A stretch of 63,464 nucleotides of DNA, counting the filler, from Hyphochytrium catenoides (lineage: Eukaryota; Protista; Hyphochytriomycota): the NCBI GenBank assembly GCA_900088475.1. It is 4 parts of 4 records of this genome, joined end to end, with 100 filler letters (N's around TTAATTAATTAA, not from the genome) between each part and the next. Parts side by side here need not be neighbours in the genome. Positions count along the whole stretch, not along the records: positions 26,501 to 51,280 come from FLMG01001848.1; 3 more parts are not named here. The stretch is one strand, 5' to 3'. Position 1 is the first letter of the stretch. Each line of letters begins with the position of its first letter. Of this stretch, positions 37,813 to 49,066 are shown one piece after another. The notes beneath the pieces were generated by a model. That model had not been told where the DNA came from and did no database searches. It saw only the letters and a list, made by a program, of their open reading frames with translations. The position numbers and the translations under genes are program-made.

Positions 37813-38785
37813 GCAGGGAGGAGAGGGTTTCGGGGCCAGAATTCATAGAGAGAAGTAGCAGTAGGGTCAGTTTGGCTTTATATTCCATAAGCCGCACATG
37901 ATGAAGACAGAAAAAAATAGCGAAAACTTAGAGAATGGCGAAGCGGACGATTCTGTCGTCTCTTGTCCTCCTTCCTTCATTCTGGCCCTCTCTCAGCAGC
38001 CTCTGTTACAATCTGTACCAATATTCTTTATGCGACCGGTCAAACACTCCAAAAGCGAAAGAAGAAATGAGGAGAAAGACTGGAAAGAAGAGCAGCAATG
38101 ATTATCGCAGAGGAGGTATAAACTAAGAAGTAGATACACTGTGGTGGAAAGCATCCTCGTCGGTTAACAACAAATGAGCAGGATCATGCAAAGCATCGTT
38201 GTCGTGGCTGGTCCACGACGGATAGCAAGAGGTACCTATAAGGCGGGCTGCGAGGTAGGTCCTTCCGCCCGCTGCTGGGTGACCTGAGCATAAGAAGCTG
38301 ATGAATTCAATAGATAAGTCAGGAAAACTCCATCGGATCCTTTTTGCCCCTTTCTCCCTCCTTCGTTCTCTCATCTTCTCTCTTTCGTGTTGGTCCCCTG
38401 TTCCTTGTTCCCGCCTGAGTCACTCTGTTGCGGTGGCGGAGAGTTCATAACGATCAGCTTCAATAGAATAGATGGAATAGCAGGAAAGAATCGACAGCCA
38501 ATCAGCAGAATTCTTTTATTGATTGGTTGTTTTTCTCCAACGGTGGTCAAGCGCTACCTGCTCTGATCTGCAATCGCTTTTTCTACTTGCGCTACTTCTC
38601 TAGGTCCCCTATGATGTCCTAGCAGTCCGCACCGACCGTATCTGTAGAGTAGTGCTATCCTCCTCCTCGCACACGCCTCGCTCTATGCTAGAATATTATC
38701 CGTACTAATATGGCACTACTTTCTTTCTCGTCCTTCTCCACTCTTTTCTCTTCTGAATGTGCCACATCAACTCACTTCGTGCTTT

Positions 38786-40428
38786 CTATCGCTGATGCGT
38801 TCGATCTACCTTCAGAGGATCCTCTAATAAAAGTATATCGTCGAGGGCGCTACTGACCACCGGACCGATAAAGCGTGCCAGAAAGTTAACCGACGTCTGC
38901 CAGCCGAGAGCGATGCCTTCGGTTCCAGACGAAACAAGCAACATATAAAAAGAATAACCCAATGCCTTGGAGAGGGCAAAGTCTATTGCAAGAGGGCAGA
39001 GAGCACAAAAGAGGAGCACAAACATAGGCAAGGAAGAGCCAAGGGGGGTACAGGTCGATCAACAAGCCCATTCCCGAGCACTAGAAGAATGACGGCTATT
39101 AGGTAGACGTGACGCTGATAGCGTTCAGGCTTGGATAGCGGTTTCGCAAGTGGAGGTAAGCGCCGAAGACTAGGGCGCAAACACAGCAGACCCACAGTGA
39201 AGAAAATTGTTCCCTCCGACTTCCCATCGGTACATATGGCAAGTAGAAGGGACAATAACTGTCTCAAAGGCTGCCCAGATGCTACGGGGCTGTGAAAGAC
39301 AGAGAGAGCATCACGTATAATCCCCTTGACCCTTTCTACTCGCAGCCAACCACGGTATCCAGCAGCGCTGTTCAAAGTCAATTCCAGTTAAGGAAGACTC
39401 ACGACCTGATTGTCTCCGTGGTGGCGTATCTCCATTTTCAGAACTTCTCAAGAAGAGAGAGAAACCAGAGCAAGAAAAAGAATACCGATGAAGAAGTAGA
39501 GAGAGAGGGGACGCTTCCTTCTGTCAACAGGGAAGAAGAAAGAGGAAGAGGAGAGAGATCCTTCTCGACGATGTGTCTTCCGTGTCTCTCTGTCTCCGAG
39601 GAGAGACCCTCTAATAGACGGACTTCTGCTTACTCGCTGTCTTTCATGCCCTCGTCTTCAAAGTTCCATATATTTGTCTCTTTCTCTCTCTCTTTCCGGG
39701 ACCTTTCTCATAGATAACAGCTCCAGCTGCGCTTACCATTGCTTGCCCCATAGCAATAAGATATGGAAAAGAAAATTGGTCCTTTAGTACTGGACCGACA
39801 GAGAACTCTACGCTTGACACGAGACCGAGAGACCAGGGTCACGAAAGCTCTGACAAAGACCATCACTTCATCCTTGTCGATAGCAGGACGGAGTAATTGT
39901 CGCTCGCTAGAACACTGTTGGTTGCTCCCTACCCCGATGATAGCCCTCGCACCAATGATGACAACGGTGACTCCTGCAGGAAGGCTTTTGTTCACCACAC
40001 GGGCCATGACGTAAAAGAGGGCATTGCCTAGCATGGGACAGAAGAGGGAGAAGGACGCAGAGAATAGCTTGGCCCTCTGGTACCACCATGCATCCAAGTG
40101 GAGGACTGGCTACGACGGCAGCCGTTAGGGGTATACTCCAACGACCATATCGATATTGATGGACGAGGACGAACCTTCTTTCCCCTCTACATTCGATCTG
40201 CATCCATGGCCGATTCGCAGCTCATCGGAGGAAGGAAGACGAGGAGTAAGGTTGATTGACAGCGTCTATATAGAGAGGAACAAAGGGCATGACCAGCGAG
40301 TACATCAGGGTGGTGCTCAGAAAGGTCTGGAGATAGAGGATGGCTTGCGACATAATCCCTTTTCCGTCTAATAGAGAACCATCTGGCTCTCCCGTGCGCT
40401 GATTTCTCTGTCCAGGCCCATGAGGCAT
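38786..40428 (-). pseudogene. MFS transporter pseudogene (MFSD8/SPX-MFS-like)
   Basis: TM-like pieces in different frames: ILYLQTFLSTTLMYSLVMPFVPLYI / VVGVYP / LTAAVVASPPL / MLGNALFYVMA...IIGARAIIGVG / GIALGWQTSVNFLARFIGPVV. Several frameshifts lack splice signals. Confidence 0.65.
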
Positions 40429-40564
40429 TATGAGGACGATTCACCCATTCTGCTCTTGCTTCTTTTCTCTTTCACTTTTGCTACTCTTGGTCCTTTTCTC
40501 TTGCACTTTTTGTGAGTCTCTCCACACGTGTCAGCCTGACGTTTCAGAGTTAGTGACTATGTTT

Positions 40565-40830
40565 TTTTCCTAGTAATAGAAGAGGTTACATAGTCTGGTC
40601 CCCTATTCCTCTTACTACCCTCACTATTTTTCTGCAACCCTCTTTTTTTTCTCGCCGGGTACTTTCTTCTTCTTTTTTCTCTCTCCTCTGACCTCTCTCT
40701 CTCCCTGTCCTCTCCCACTCGCTCGCTATCCTCGTGTCTCGCTCTCGCGCTCCCTCTTTCTCTCTCTCTCCCCTCTCTCTTCTTTATTTTCTCTCTATCC
40801 CTCTCACTCCCCATCTTTCTCTCAATTTCT
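40565..40830 (+). repeat. Short dispersed repeat, second copy at ~45088-45380
   Basis: CTAGTAATAGAAGAG...GTCTGGTCCCC...TCTCGCC...GTCTCGCTCTCGCGCTCCCTCTTTCTCTC occurs in both places. Confidence 0.7.
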
Positions 40831-40999
40831 CTTCCTCCTTCGCTCTCAACAGAGAGAGGAGAGAGCGAGAGAGGTCAAGGTCTCTCAGCGTGGCTACATT
40901 GAAAGTCTACTCAGGAGGTTTGGAATGCAAGACTGCAAGCCAGCGCATACTCCTCTATGTCTCTCTGGCATAGACAATCTCTTTCTGACTTCACCGCTT

Positions 41000-41720
41000 T
41001 CGGAAGAAGGTTTGCGAGAGAAATACATGGCGGCCTTAGGCTCGGTGATGTATGCGATGTTGGGTACAAGACCTGATATTGCTTACGCGGTGGGCTTAGG
41101 GGGGAGATTTTCCTCCAAGCCTACGATGGCTCATTGGACAGCCATGAAACGTCTCCTGCAGTATCTCAAGGCCAGTGCGCACTACAGCCTTCGTATAGCA
41201 GGGAGCAATCATCTGAAGGATCCCTCTTTTCTAATCTTGTTGGGTTTACGGACGCTGACTGGGCAGGTGACAAATGGGACTGGAAGAGCACTTCTGGTTA
41301 TGTCTTTTTCTATGGTGGCGCAGCTGTGACATGGAAGTCAAAAAAGCAGGCGACTGTGGCTCTTTCGAGCACCGAAGCGGAGTACATGGCCTTTCTGAAG
41401 CCGCGAAGGAGGCGGTATGGCTACGTCAGCTGCTAAAGGACCTTGGAGCGGAAGACTCAGTTGCCACGGTACTCTATGAGGGTAACATGGGCTCAATCTT
41501 TCTGAGCAGCCATCCGGTTGGCCACCAGCGTACCAAGCATATAGAGGTTCGATGTCACTTTGTTTGCCACAAGGTGGAAGAAGGGGAACTAAAAATCACT
41601 CACCTGGGGACAGAAGCGATGATAGCGGATGTATTGACTAAGGCTCTGCCCAGAGACAAGCACTCGCGGTTTGCCCAAGCAATGTTGGGAGACTTCGCCG
41701 CCTACTCTAGTGCAACATAG
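41000..41720 (+). mobile_element. Ty1/Copia pol 3' fragment (RT end plus RNase H), frameshifted
   Basis: YMAALGSVMYAMLGTRPDIAYAV...HWTAMKRLLQYLK / LVGFTDADWAGD...KSTSGY...WKSKKQATVALSSTEAEY / EAAKEAVWLRQLL...HQRTKHIEVR...MIADVLTKAL, spread over three frames. Confidence 0.95.
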
Positions 41721-41736
41721 TTTGAACGAGTGCGAG

Positions 41737-42078
41737 TGTTGCGAGAGTGAGCGTCACGACTATGTGATAGTGGTAGGAGTTTTGGTGCTGAACTTATTGC
41801 AGCAGCATCTCTTGGGCATATGTGGCTGCAAGCTATGGAGCTGAACTTATTGCAGCATCATCGTGGACACGTTAAGGGAACCGGCTTGCTGCCGGACGAA
41901 GTGGACGATGGGAGATAGGTTCTTTAGCGCACTTTCTATCTTATCATCCTGCTCTCTTCTTGTCTCTCTCTTTGTGAAGGACTTCTTATTGAGGAGTTCA
42001 GTGATGAGCTTAGATAGGCATTTGTTAGTGAAGCTTCGTGGTGTAGCTAGAGCTATCGGTTAAGAGCACTAGCTAACA
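41737..42078 (+). mobile_element. Putative 3' LTR of the Copia element
   Basis: Follows a degenerate polypurine tract (GAGTGCGAG) just after the pol stop. Begins TGTTG and ends TAACA. Contains the internal duplication GCTGAACTTATTGCAGCA. No matching 5' LTR in the window. Confidence 0.6.
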
Positions 42079-42375
42079 AACTAATCATTCATCAAGTTCC
42101 AGAAGAAAGCACTCAGCTACATTTGCTGCGTTGCTTTCTCTCAACTGAAGTGACATTAGCTCTTTACCAGTACAAGGTGTCTTTGCCTAAACTATCTAAT
42201 CAGGTAAGTGCAACTCCCTCTGCTTTCTTAGTGCCTTCCTTCTAGCTAGTAGCCTTGCCTATATTGCAACAGTCCGGGTGAGATCTTAACCATGATGACA
42301 GGATACCTTAGCCTAAGGTCCTCTGTTAAAGAAGTACACAGAAACCTCTGCTTGCGACAATAGTTACAATTACTT

Positions 42376-44590
42376 GTCGTCCGGCGGGTCCGAAGGAGTA
42401 TGTAGTTTATTGCTTATTTCTTCATCGGGTAGTGGCTTAGGACAAAGCTACTACTTATCCGCCTGGGTCAGGAGCCTCCTTCCGCATGATCCAGCAGGCG
42501 GCAAGGCAGGTGATGAGATGGCAGAGTTCGTTGGACGCTCCTCTTCATTGTAGCGGAAATAGCCGAATGAGGCTAATGAAGATTATGAGTCGAGCAGACC
42601 TCCATAGACTAATGGTCCTTGAGTACTATAAAGCCTAAGTATGTAAAGCTATGAAGTTGATATGCAAGAGAGAAATCAGAGAGAGAGACACTCAAAGTAA
42701 ATCAGCGAACAGCTCAGAGAGCGTTAGAATACGTTGAATCGTCACCAAAAGGGATCCATCGTGTCAGACAAGAGGATCGGCAATAAGTTGGTGGTCAGAA
42801 GGAAGAGAAGAAGTAAGTCGGATAAGAGCAAATCTCTAGAGGAAAGACCGCCAGAAGAAAGTAGGGCAAGGAATCAACGAGAAGAGTATGCCGTGCCGTA
42901 GAGACCCAAAAAAAGAAGGCTCTCAATAGAAAGGCCCTCAAGCGCCTGTTTGAACCCCAGCTAGAGGCTTATACATCTTTGTGCTTTTGTCAAGATATGC
43001 GTGTCAGCAGAAGGAAACCCTTACGGGAGAAGGAGGGAGAACAGCTGAAGAGAGAGTAATGAGTACGGCCAGCCCAGGACAGGCAAAAAGCTATAACCAA
43101 GAAGAAAAAGGAGAAGTCAGGAAGAGTCAGGTCTGGGAAAGCTTACGTAAAACGAGACAGTTGTGAGCCATTATCTACGACAATAAGTGAGGGTGTCGCC
43201 AAGACGGCGAAATGAAGGATATGGGAGCGGGCTCGCAGAAGCCGGTATATAAGGAGAACGGCGGAGTAGGAGCTCGACGTAGATTAATGGAAGAGGACTG
43301 CCCAAGAGGTGTAGAAAGGAAAAACTCGGAAAAGCGCAAGGGTTAGAACAAGAAGCAGTAAGACAAGTAGGACATGGACGGATTTCCCAGAAACAATGAA
43401 AGATGCAAGAGCTTATAGGCTATGCATTAGCCGCCGAAACGATAGAAAGACCAAGCGAGGTTTGACGTAGCGCTTACTACGAGAGACCACCAGAAATACA
43501 GCAAGAACGAGAGGGAGCAAATGAAGAAACCAGCGAAGTGCATTGAAGGAGGAGGCACAGCAGTAGACAGAGACAGAGACACCATGAGAGATACAGGGAC
43601 ATCTTGAGAAAGAGAGATAATTGGTGAGAGCTGATGAGGCGAAAGTGCGAGGTTCGATATAGCTCTCATGAGAGAGGAAAAAGAGAGAAAAATAATCACA
43701 AGAGTGTAAGCCAGAACAGGAGACAGCAGCAAATAAGTGAGACAAAAGGAATGAAGGGGAAGCAAGGAGAGAGGAAGAGTGAAAAGGCGACAGAGAGAGA
43801 CGGAGACAGGGTGAAAAGGATGAGAGGTTAGTCAAGCGGAGATAAGAGAGGACGCTACATCAAGGCTGAAGAAAGAATGCAGAAGGAATATCTCTCTTCT
43901 CTCTTTCTCTTACGTATGCACGTATATCTCCATCTTATGCTTCTCTTTCTGCTCCTGCCATACTTCGTTGCCGTCTGTTCCGTTTTGACTAGACCTCAAT
44001 TTCTTCGGTCTTGATCTCTATGTCACTCTACCGTGGAAAAGCACAGAGCTAACTTAAGCATTTTATGCGTTCGATACTATTTTGAAAGTGGTATTGAGAG
44101 AAAACCAGCGAGGGGAAAAGAATAGAGGAGAGGGCATGGCTGACCAGGAATGGAATCGGACAGTTTGAGCGGAAAACAAGAGCACGCCTGCAAGAAGAGG
44201 AAAAGGGGAGGAAAGAGGAAAAGGGGAGGAGAGCGCCAGCGAGAACAAAAGAGGGAGAAGAGAAAAGTGGGAGAGAGTTTGTCTGAGAGAGAGACAAACA
44301 GACGAGCAGAAACAGAGACGACGGAGAGAGAGATGAAAAGACAGGGTTGAAAGAGACATCTACTAATAGAGAACGTAACAACAGGAAGAGGAGAGAGAGG
44401 GAGAAATAGAAGCTGCAAGAGACCTGCTACATGAGAAAGAGTAAAAAGAAGGGCAGATGTGGTGCGAGAGAGAAATGAAGAAGAGAGAAGTGCGGCTCCA
44501 TCGCTTCTTGGATCTATAACGTCGTGCTGCTGTCAACCGCAGTGGCCTTAGTCCTGATCCTTCAAGTTGATCTTTGGTCCCAGGCCTTGA
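42376..44590. repeat. Copy 3 of the unclassified ~2.3-kb repeat
   Basis: Direct repeat of 35406-37812 with indels. Confidence 0.9.
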
Positions 44591-44594
44591 AGAG

Positions 44595-45010
44595 TAGCGA
44601 GAGCAGTGAGGCGACGAGAGGAGAGAGAAGAGGAGCAAGAGCAGAGAGGCGAGAGCAGCAAATGAATGAGCAAAGCAGTGAGGCGGCTGGAGCAGCAAGT
44701 GGAGGAGCGAAAGCAGTGAGGCGGCAGGAGAACCAACACAGAAGAGGAGCGAAAGCGGTGACGCGAGAGGAGAGGAAGAAGAGCGAGAGCTGTGAGGCGA
44801 GGGGAGCAGCAAGAAGAGTAGCAAGACCAGTGAGCCGAGAGGAGCAGCAAGGCGAGAAACAAAAGCAGTGAGGTGGCAGGGGAAGCAACCCAAGAAGAGA
44901 AGCGAAAGCAGTGACGCGAGAGGATAGGTAGAGTAGCAAGAGCAGTGAGGCCAGAGGAGCAGCAAGTGGAGGAGCGAAAGGCAGCGAGGCGGCAGCAGAA
45001 CCAAAATAAG
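44595..45010 (+). repeat. Degenerate purine-rich minisatellite (~35-45 bp unit)
   Basis: Recurring GCAGTGAGGCG...GAGCAGCAAG...GAGCGAAA units. Confidence 0.7.
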
Positions 45011-46374
45011 AAGAGGAGCTGCTGGACTGGGAGGAAGGAGCAGCCAGGGGGAACTATCAAACGTGGTCAGACAGTATTGCAAGCTTTTGTTCTCTAGTAA
45101 TAGAAGAGAATTACTAGGTCTGGTCCCCCCTTCTCCTAATAATTTCCCCTCACTTTTTGCCTGCTACTCTAATTCGCTTTCTCGCCGCGTACCCCTCTCT
45201 TCTTCTCTCTTCTCTCTCCTCGCACTCCTCTCTATCTCTGTCCTCACTCTCTCGTTCGCTCCTTGCCCTCCTGTCTCGCTCTCGCGCTCCCTCTTTCTCT
45301 CTCTCTCTCTGTTTCTTCTCTTTCTCTTCCCCCTCACTCCCCCTCTCTCTCACTCTCTCTTTCCTCCTCTCGTTCTCTCTCCTTTCTCTGTCAACAGCCT
45401 CCTAATTTCATCTCTTAGCCTCTTACTTCCTCTGCTCTATATTTATTATCAGTCGCCCTCCTATGATGGAGCTCTTCTTTGAGGATCTGCTTTCTTCCTC
45501 GTCCACACTGCTTGTCGGCAGGTGCTCGCCGCTGCTGCTGTAACTTCACCTGCCGTCACGGGTGATGGGTATGTAGTTGATGCACTCTGAAAGGAAAGAA
45601 TGTACTATCTTTAACTAGAATTTACTCACGCCATTTGGCGTATCATGGACTCGCACTATTTTGATGTGGCTTTCCATTTCTGTCATTCCTTCTGTAAGTC
45701 CCCGAGGTGCGGCTAATATCNNNNNNNNNNNNNNNNNNNNNNNNNNNNNNNNNTATTGTGGCTCGTCACTCTTGCTCTCTGAGTGAAGGGTGCATTGCTG
45801 AAAGAATGTTTTCTGCTAGTGACATGCTGCTGAGCCGTCGTCCATCACCTCACTAATCTTTGCCAAAGAAAGTTTAAGAGTTCTTCACTGAGAGGAACAC
45901 AGAGAGGAAGAGGAACAAAGACAAGGAAAAATTGGAGAGGCAGTACCCCCAAAAAGACTGAGGAGTGCTACGCATTTAGAAATAACCTCTACAACACGAG
46001 ACAGCATCAGAGAGAAAGAGTGCTATAGAAGAAAAGCCGATCGAAGAAGGAAGAGGAAAAGTGAGAGGAGGCAGAAGTGCTGGAGTTGGATACACTATGG
46101 TAGTTAGCGAAAGGAAGACCCAACAGGAAAGGCGGCCAGAAGAGAGAGGAAAGCTGCCACTGAGGACTGGCCAACAGGCACATGATGGAAAAAAACAGAG
46201 AGCGACAAGAGGGAAGAAGAGAGGATGGGCGTCGTCTTCGCGGAAAATGTAGGGCTTTATCTATGATTTAAAAAAATAATTTAGAAAATACCACCAGCCA
46301 AAGTACTTTGTCTTAGACACATCGCTAGTCCAAGAGCTCCCTCCTCCTCCTTTTCTCTCTTACTTCTAGGATCT

Positions 46375-47109
46375 TCATGGGCAGCACAGATAGGTCACAC
46401 CATCCAATGTATAATGGGTGTGGGCGTACCGACACATGTGCGGCAAGGGGCCTTGAGGCTTGCAACTGGCGTCATGATGGACCAGGATTGGGCCCACAGG
46501 TGCAGGTGGCGGAGGAGGAGGACCGCTAACAGGGCGCTGCGGCTGGGTGTTGGACCAGTGAGGAGGCTGCGGGTTGAACCAGTGAGGCGGCTGTTGATGC
46601 TGCTGCTGATGAGGATTCTGCCAATGGGGAGGGAAGTTGACTGTCGCTGATCCCCCAGCAAAGGCGGAGCCTCCGCCGCTGTGGGCGTGTGCCTGCGCGT
46701 TGGCCTGTACTTGGCCATTATGAACGTGCACTTCAGCGTTCGCGGAAGCAGAGCCTCCTCCTTGTCCATTAGCGATGGCGACAGAATGTCCGATGGCGAC
46801 GCCGTTGCTGTTGATAGAGCCTGAGGCGTGCGCACCGGCTTGCGCTGCTCCCCCAAGGAGTCCGCCGTTAGACTGCGCGAAGGCGCCTGCCGACGCCTGT
46901 GCGGAGCCTTGAAGAGCGGGCAGGCCGTGCTGCCCCCATTGAAGACGCCGAGAAGCAGTAGTAGGGTCAGCAAGAGAAGCTTCCTCGTTCGTGAGCGATT
47001 GTACCGATGAAGATGATGAATCAGTCAGGCCGCGAAGAGAGGGCTCAGAGGCGGTGGCGCTGGCGCTAGCGGCAAGGACGGCAGCTGCTAGAAGAGAGAG
47101 GGTCCTCAT
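46375..47109 (-). CDS. Secreted low-complexity protein, 244 aa, intronless
   Basis: Signal peptide MRTLSLLAAAVLAASASATA; propeptide EPSLRG...SRRL; Gly/Ala/Ser beta-like region; three PPHW motifs; poly-Pro; C-terminal CKPQ...C...YLCCP. Clean ATG-TGA frame. Confidence 0.85.
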   Translation of the reverse strand: MRTLSLLAAAVLAASASATASEPSLRGLTDSSSSSVQSLTNEEASLADPTTASRRLQWGQHGLPALQGSAQASAGAFAQSNGGLLGGAAQAGAHASGSINSNGVAIGHSVAIANGQGGGSASANAEVHVHNGQVQANAQAHAHSGGGSAFAGGSATVNFPPHWQNPHQQQHQQPPHWFNPQPPHWSNTQPQRPVSGPPPPPPAPVGPILVHHDASCKPQGPLPHMCRYAHTHYTLDGVTYLCCP

Positions 47110-49016
47110 CCTTGGTCTTCGATTGTGTTCTCACTCTAGAGAAGGTATTCCTTGTAGTTGGCGGTTAAGGAGTGCTGACTGTTTTGCTGGGGCGGCTTGA
47201 GGGCTGAGGGGGAAGTTTTTGGAATGACATGTGAGGATGGCTCTCTAGCTGTGATCGGGGAAGAGTGGACGAATGTGGGACAAGCGAAGAGACAGAGGAA
47301 GAGAAGGAGGAGGCAGAGGGAAGCAGAGAGAGCAAATGGAGAATAGAGAGCGAGAGAGAGAATAGGAGAAATAAGACACACAGAGAAATAGAGCGTGCGC
47401 GAAGTTATAGCAGGAGATAGAGACATAGTAGGAGAGGAGGAGAGTAAGGAAGTAAATGAAGGCGAGAGAGATAGGAGGAGCAAGGAAGAAGAATAAACTA
47501 GCATATGATGACATGTTCTAGAACGGGGAAATGCAGAGCCAAGGCAATAATGCGGGAAAGGGATTGCTCCCGTCTCACCCTCGTCCTATTTGTGAGGACG
47601 GACGTCCCGGAGAAGACTTAGAACAGGGAGAAGGGACAATTAGAAAGAGTCGCAGCATTTGCATTTGTGAAACCTCCTGGCAGCGTGAATCCACAAGAGC
47701 AACCAAAGAACATACACAGTTGCCGTGACCCACTAAGAGAGTGCGCACCAGCAAAAAAGAGGACATCAGAGAAAGAAGGGAAGCAAGAGAGACACCAAGA
47801 AGAAGAAGAGGAAATGGTGAAGGCACAAAGAGAGGGAAGGGCAAGAGGCATCGCCAGACCTAGATCATAACCTCTCTAGAGGATCCTGACGAGAAGAGAG
47901 AGAGTAATAAAGAACTAGAACGAGATCATGACTGAGTTGCCATCATCTGGAAAGAATGGAGGCCAGCTAATAAGAGAAGAATGGGCCAAGAACGAGGTTT
48001 ATTAGCAAAAGAGAGCAGGGAAGGACAAGAGAGAGACATAAGATAAGGAGAGAGATGCCAAAAGAACATTACGGGTAGAAAGAGAGGACAGAAAAAGCAA
48101 AAAGGATATATTGTTATTATGATATAGAGGACTCGATGAATCCAAGGAGCGGAAGGGATAAAGATAAAGAATGTGTGCCGTGATCTCGGTCTTTGGAAAT
48201 CAGAGAATAAAAAGGGTGCACACGGAAAATAAGAGGTAGAGCTCATACAAAAGGGTTTGACAGTCGCGGCGCTACTTCTTCTTCTTCCCTTCCTCCTCCT
48301 CGTAGCGTTATAACAATTGCTGAGGTGTTCAACTATGATTCTTCCTTTTCTGATAACGGTGGCTCATGTCTCTCTTCTTCTTCTTCTCCTCCTCCTTCTT
48401 CTTTGTCGTAGGAGTTGTACTATCCCTAATCTTTCTTTTCCATAACCTCACAAGAACCGTAAATAGGAGTGGAAGAGCAACCCCTAGAACGAAAGAACAG
48501 GAAAACACTGGAGAGAAGTTTATTGTTTCTTTCAAATTACCTAGAAACTACTATTCGATAGAACAGTGGTGGGGATTATGCTCCTCCGCCTTTGTTTGTC
48601 GTACATGATGGAGACCGATCACAGCTCGTGGACTCGTGTTTTGTCTTCTTCTCCTTCCCTTCCTCGCTCCTCTTGCTCTCCAGACCATTTTGTTCCTAGA
48701 GTCACTCATTGCTAGCTGCCCTTCGTCTTCTGCCTTACTTTGCTTTTCTTGTACAAACTACTATGCCATCTATCCCTTCTCCTTCCCTCTTTACTGAAAG
48801 TCCTTCGTAGCTCACAGTAAAAATAGGTATGAAGAGGGGAAGAACGGAAAACATGAGAAAAGAATAAGGAGAAGAAGAAGCAATCAGCAGATGGTTCCTT
48901 TGCCTGCGCTCTTCGGGTTATTCTTCGTCTTTCTGCTCTATCATTCGTCCTAGTACAGGTGGTGACGGCTCACGGTTACGAAGAAGAAGAAAGAAGAGCA
49001 AAAGGTAGCTGTGAGA

Positions 49017-49066
<50 letters not shown>

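Noticed and set aside
47016-47045. Oomycete RXLR-dEER effector call for the secreted protein
   Set aside because: The motif is SLRG...RRL, not RXLR-EER, and the mature region looks structural.
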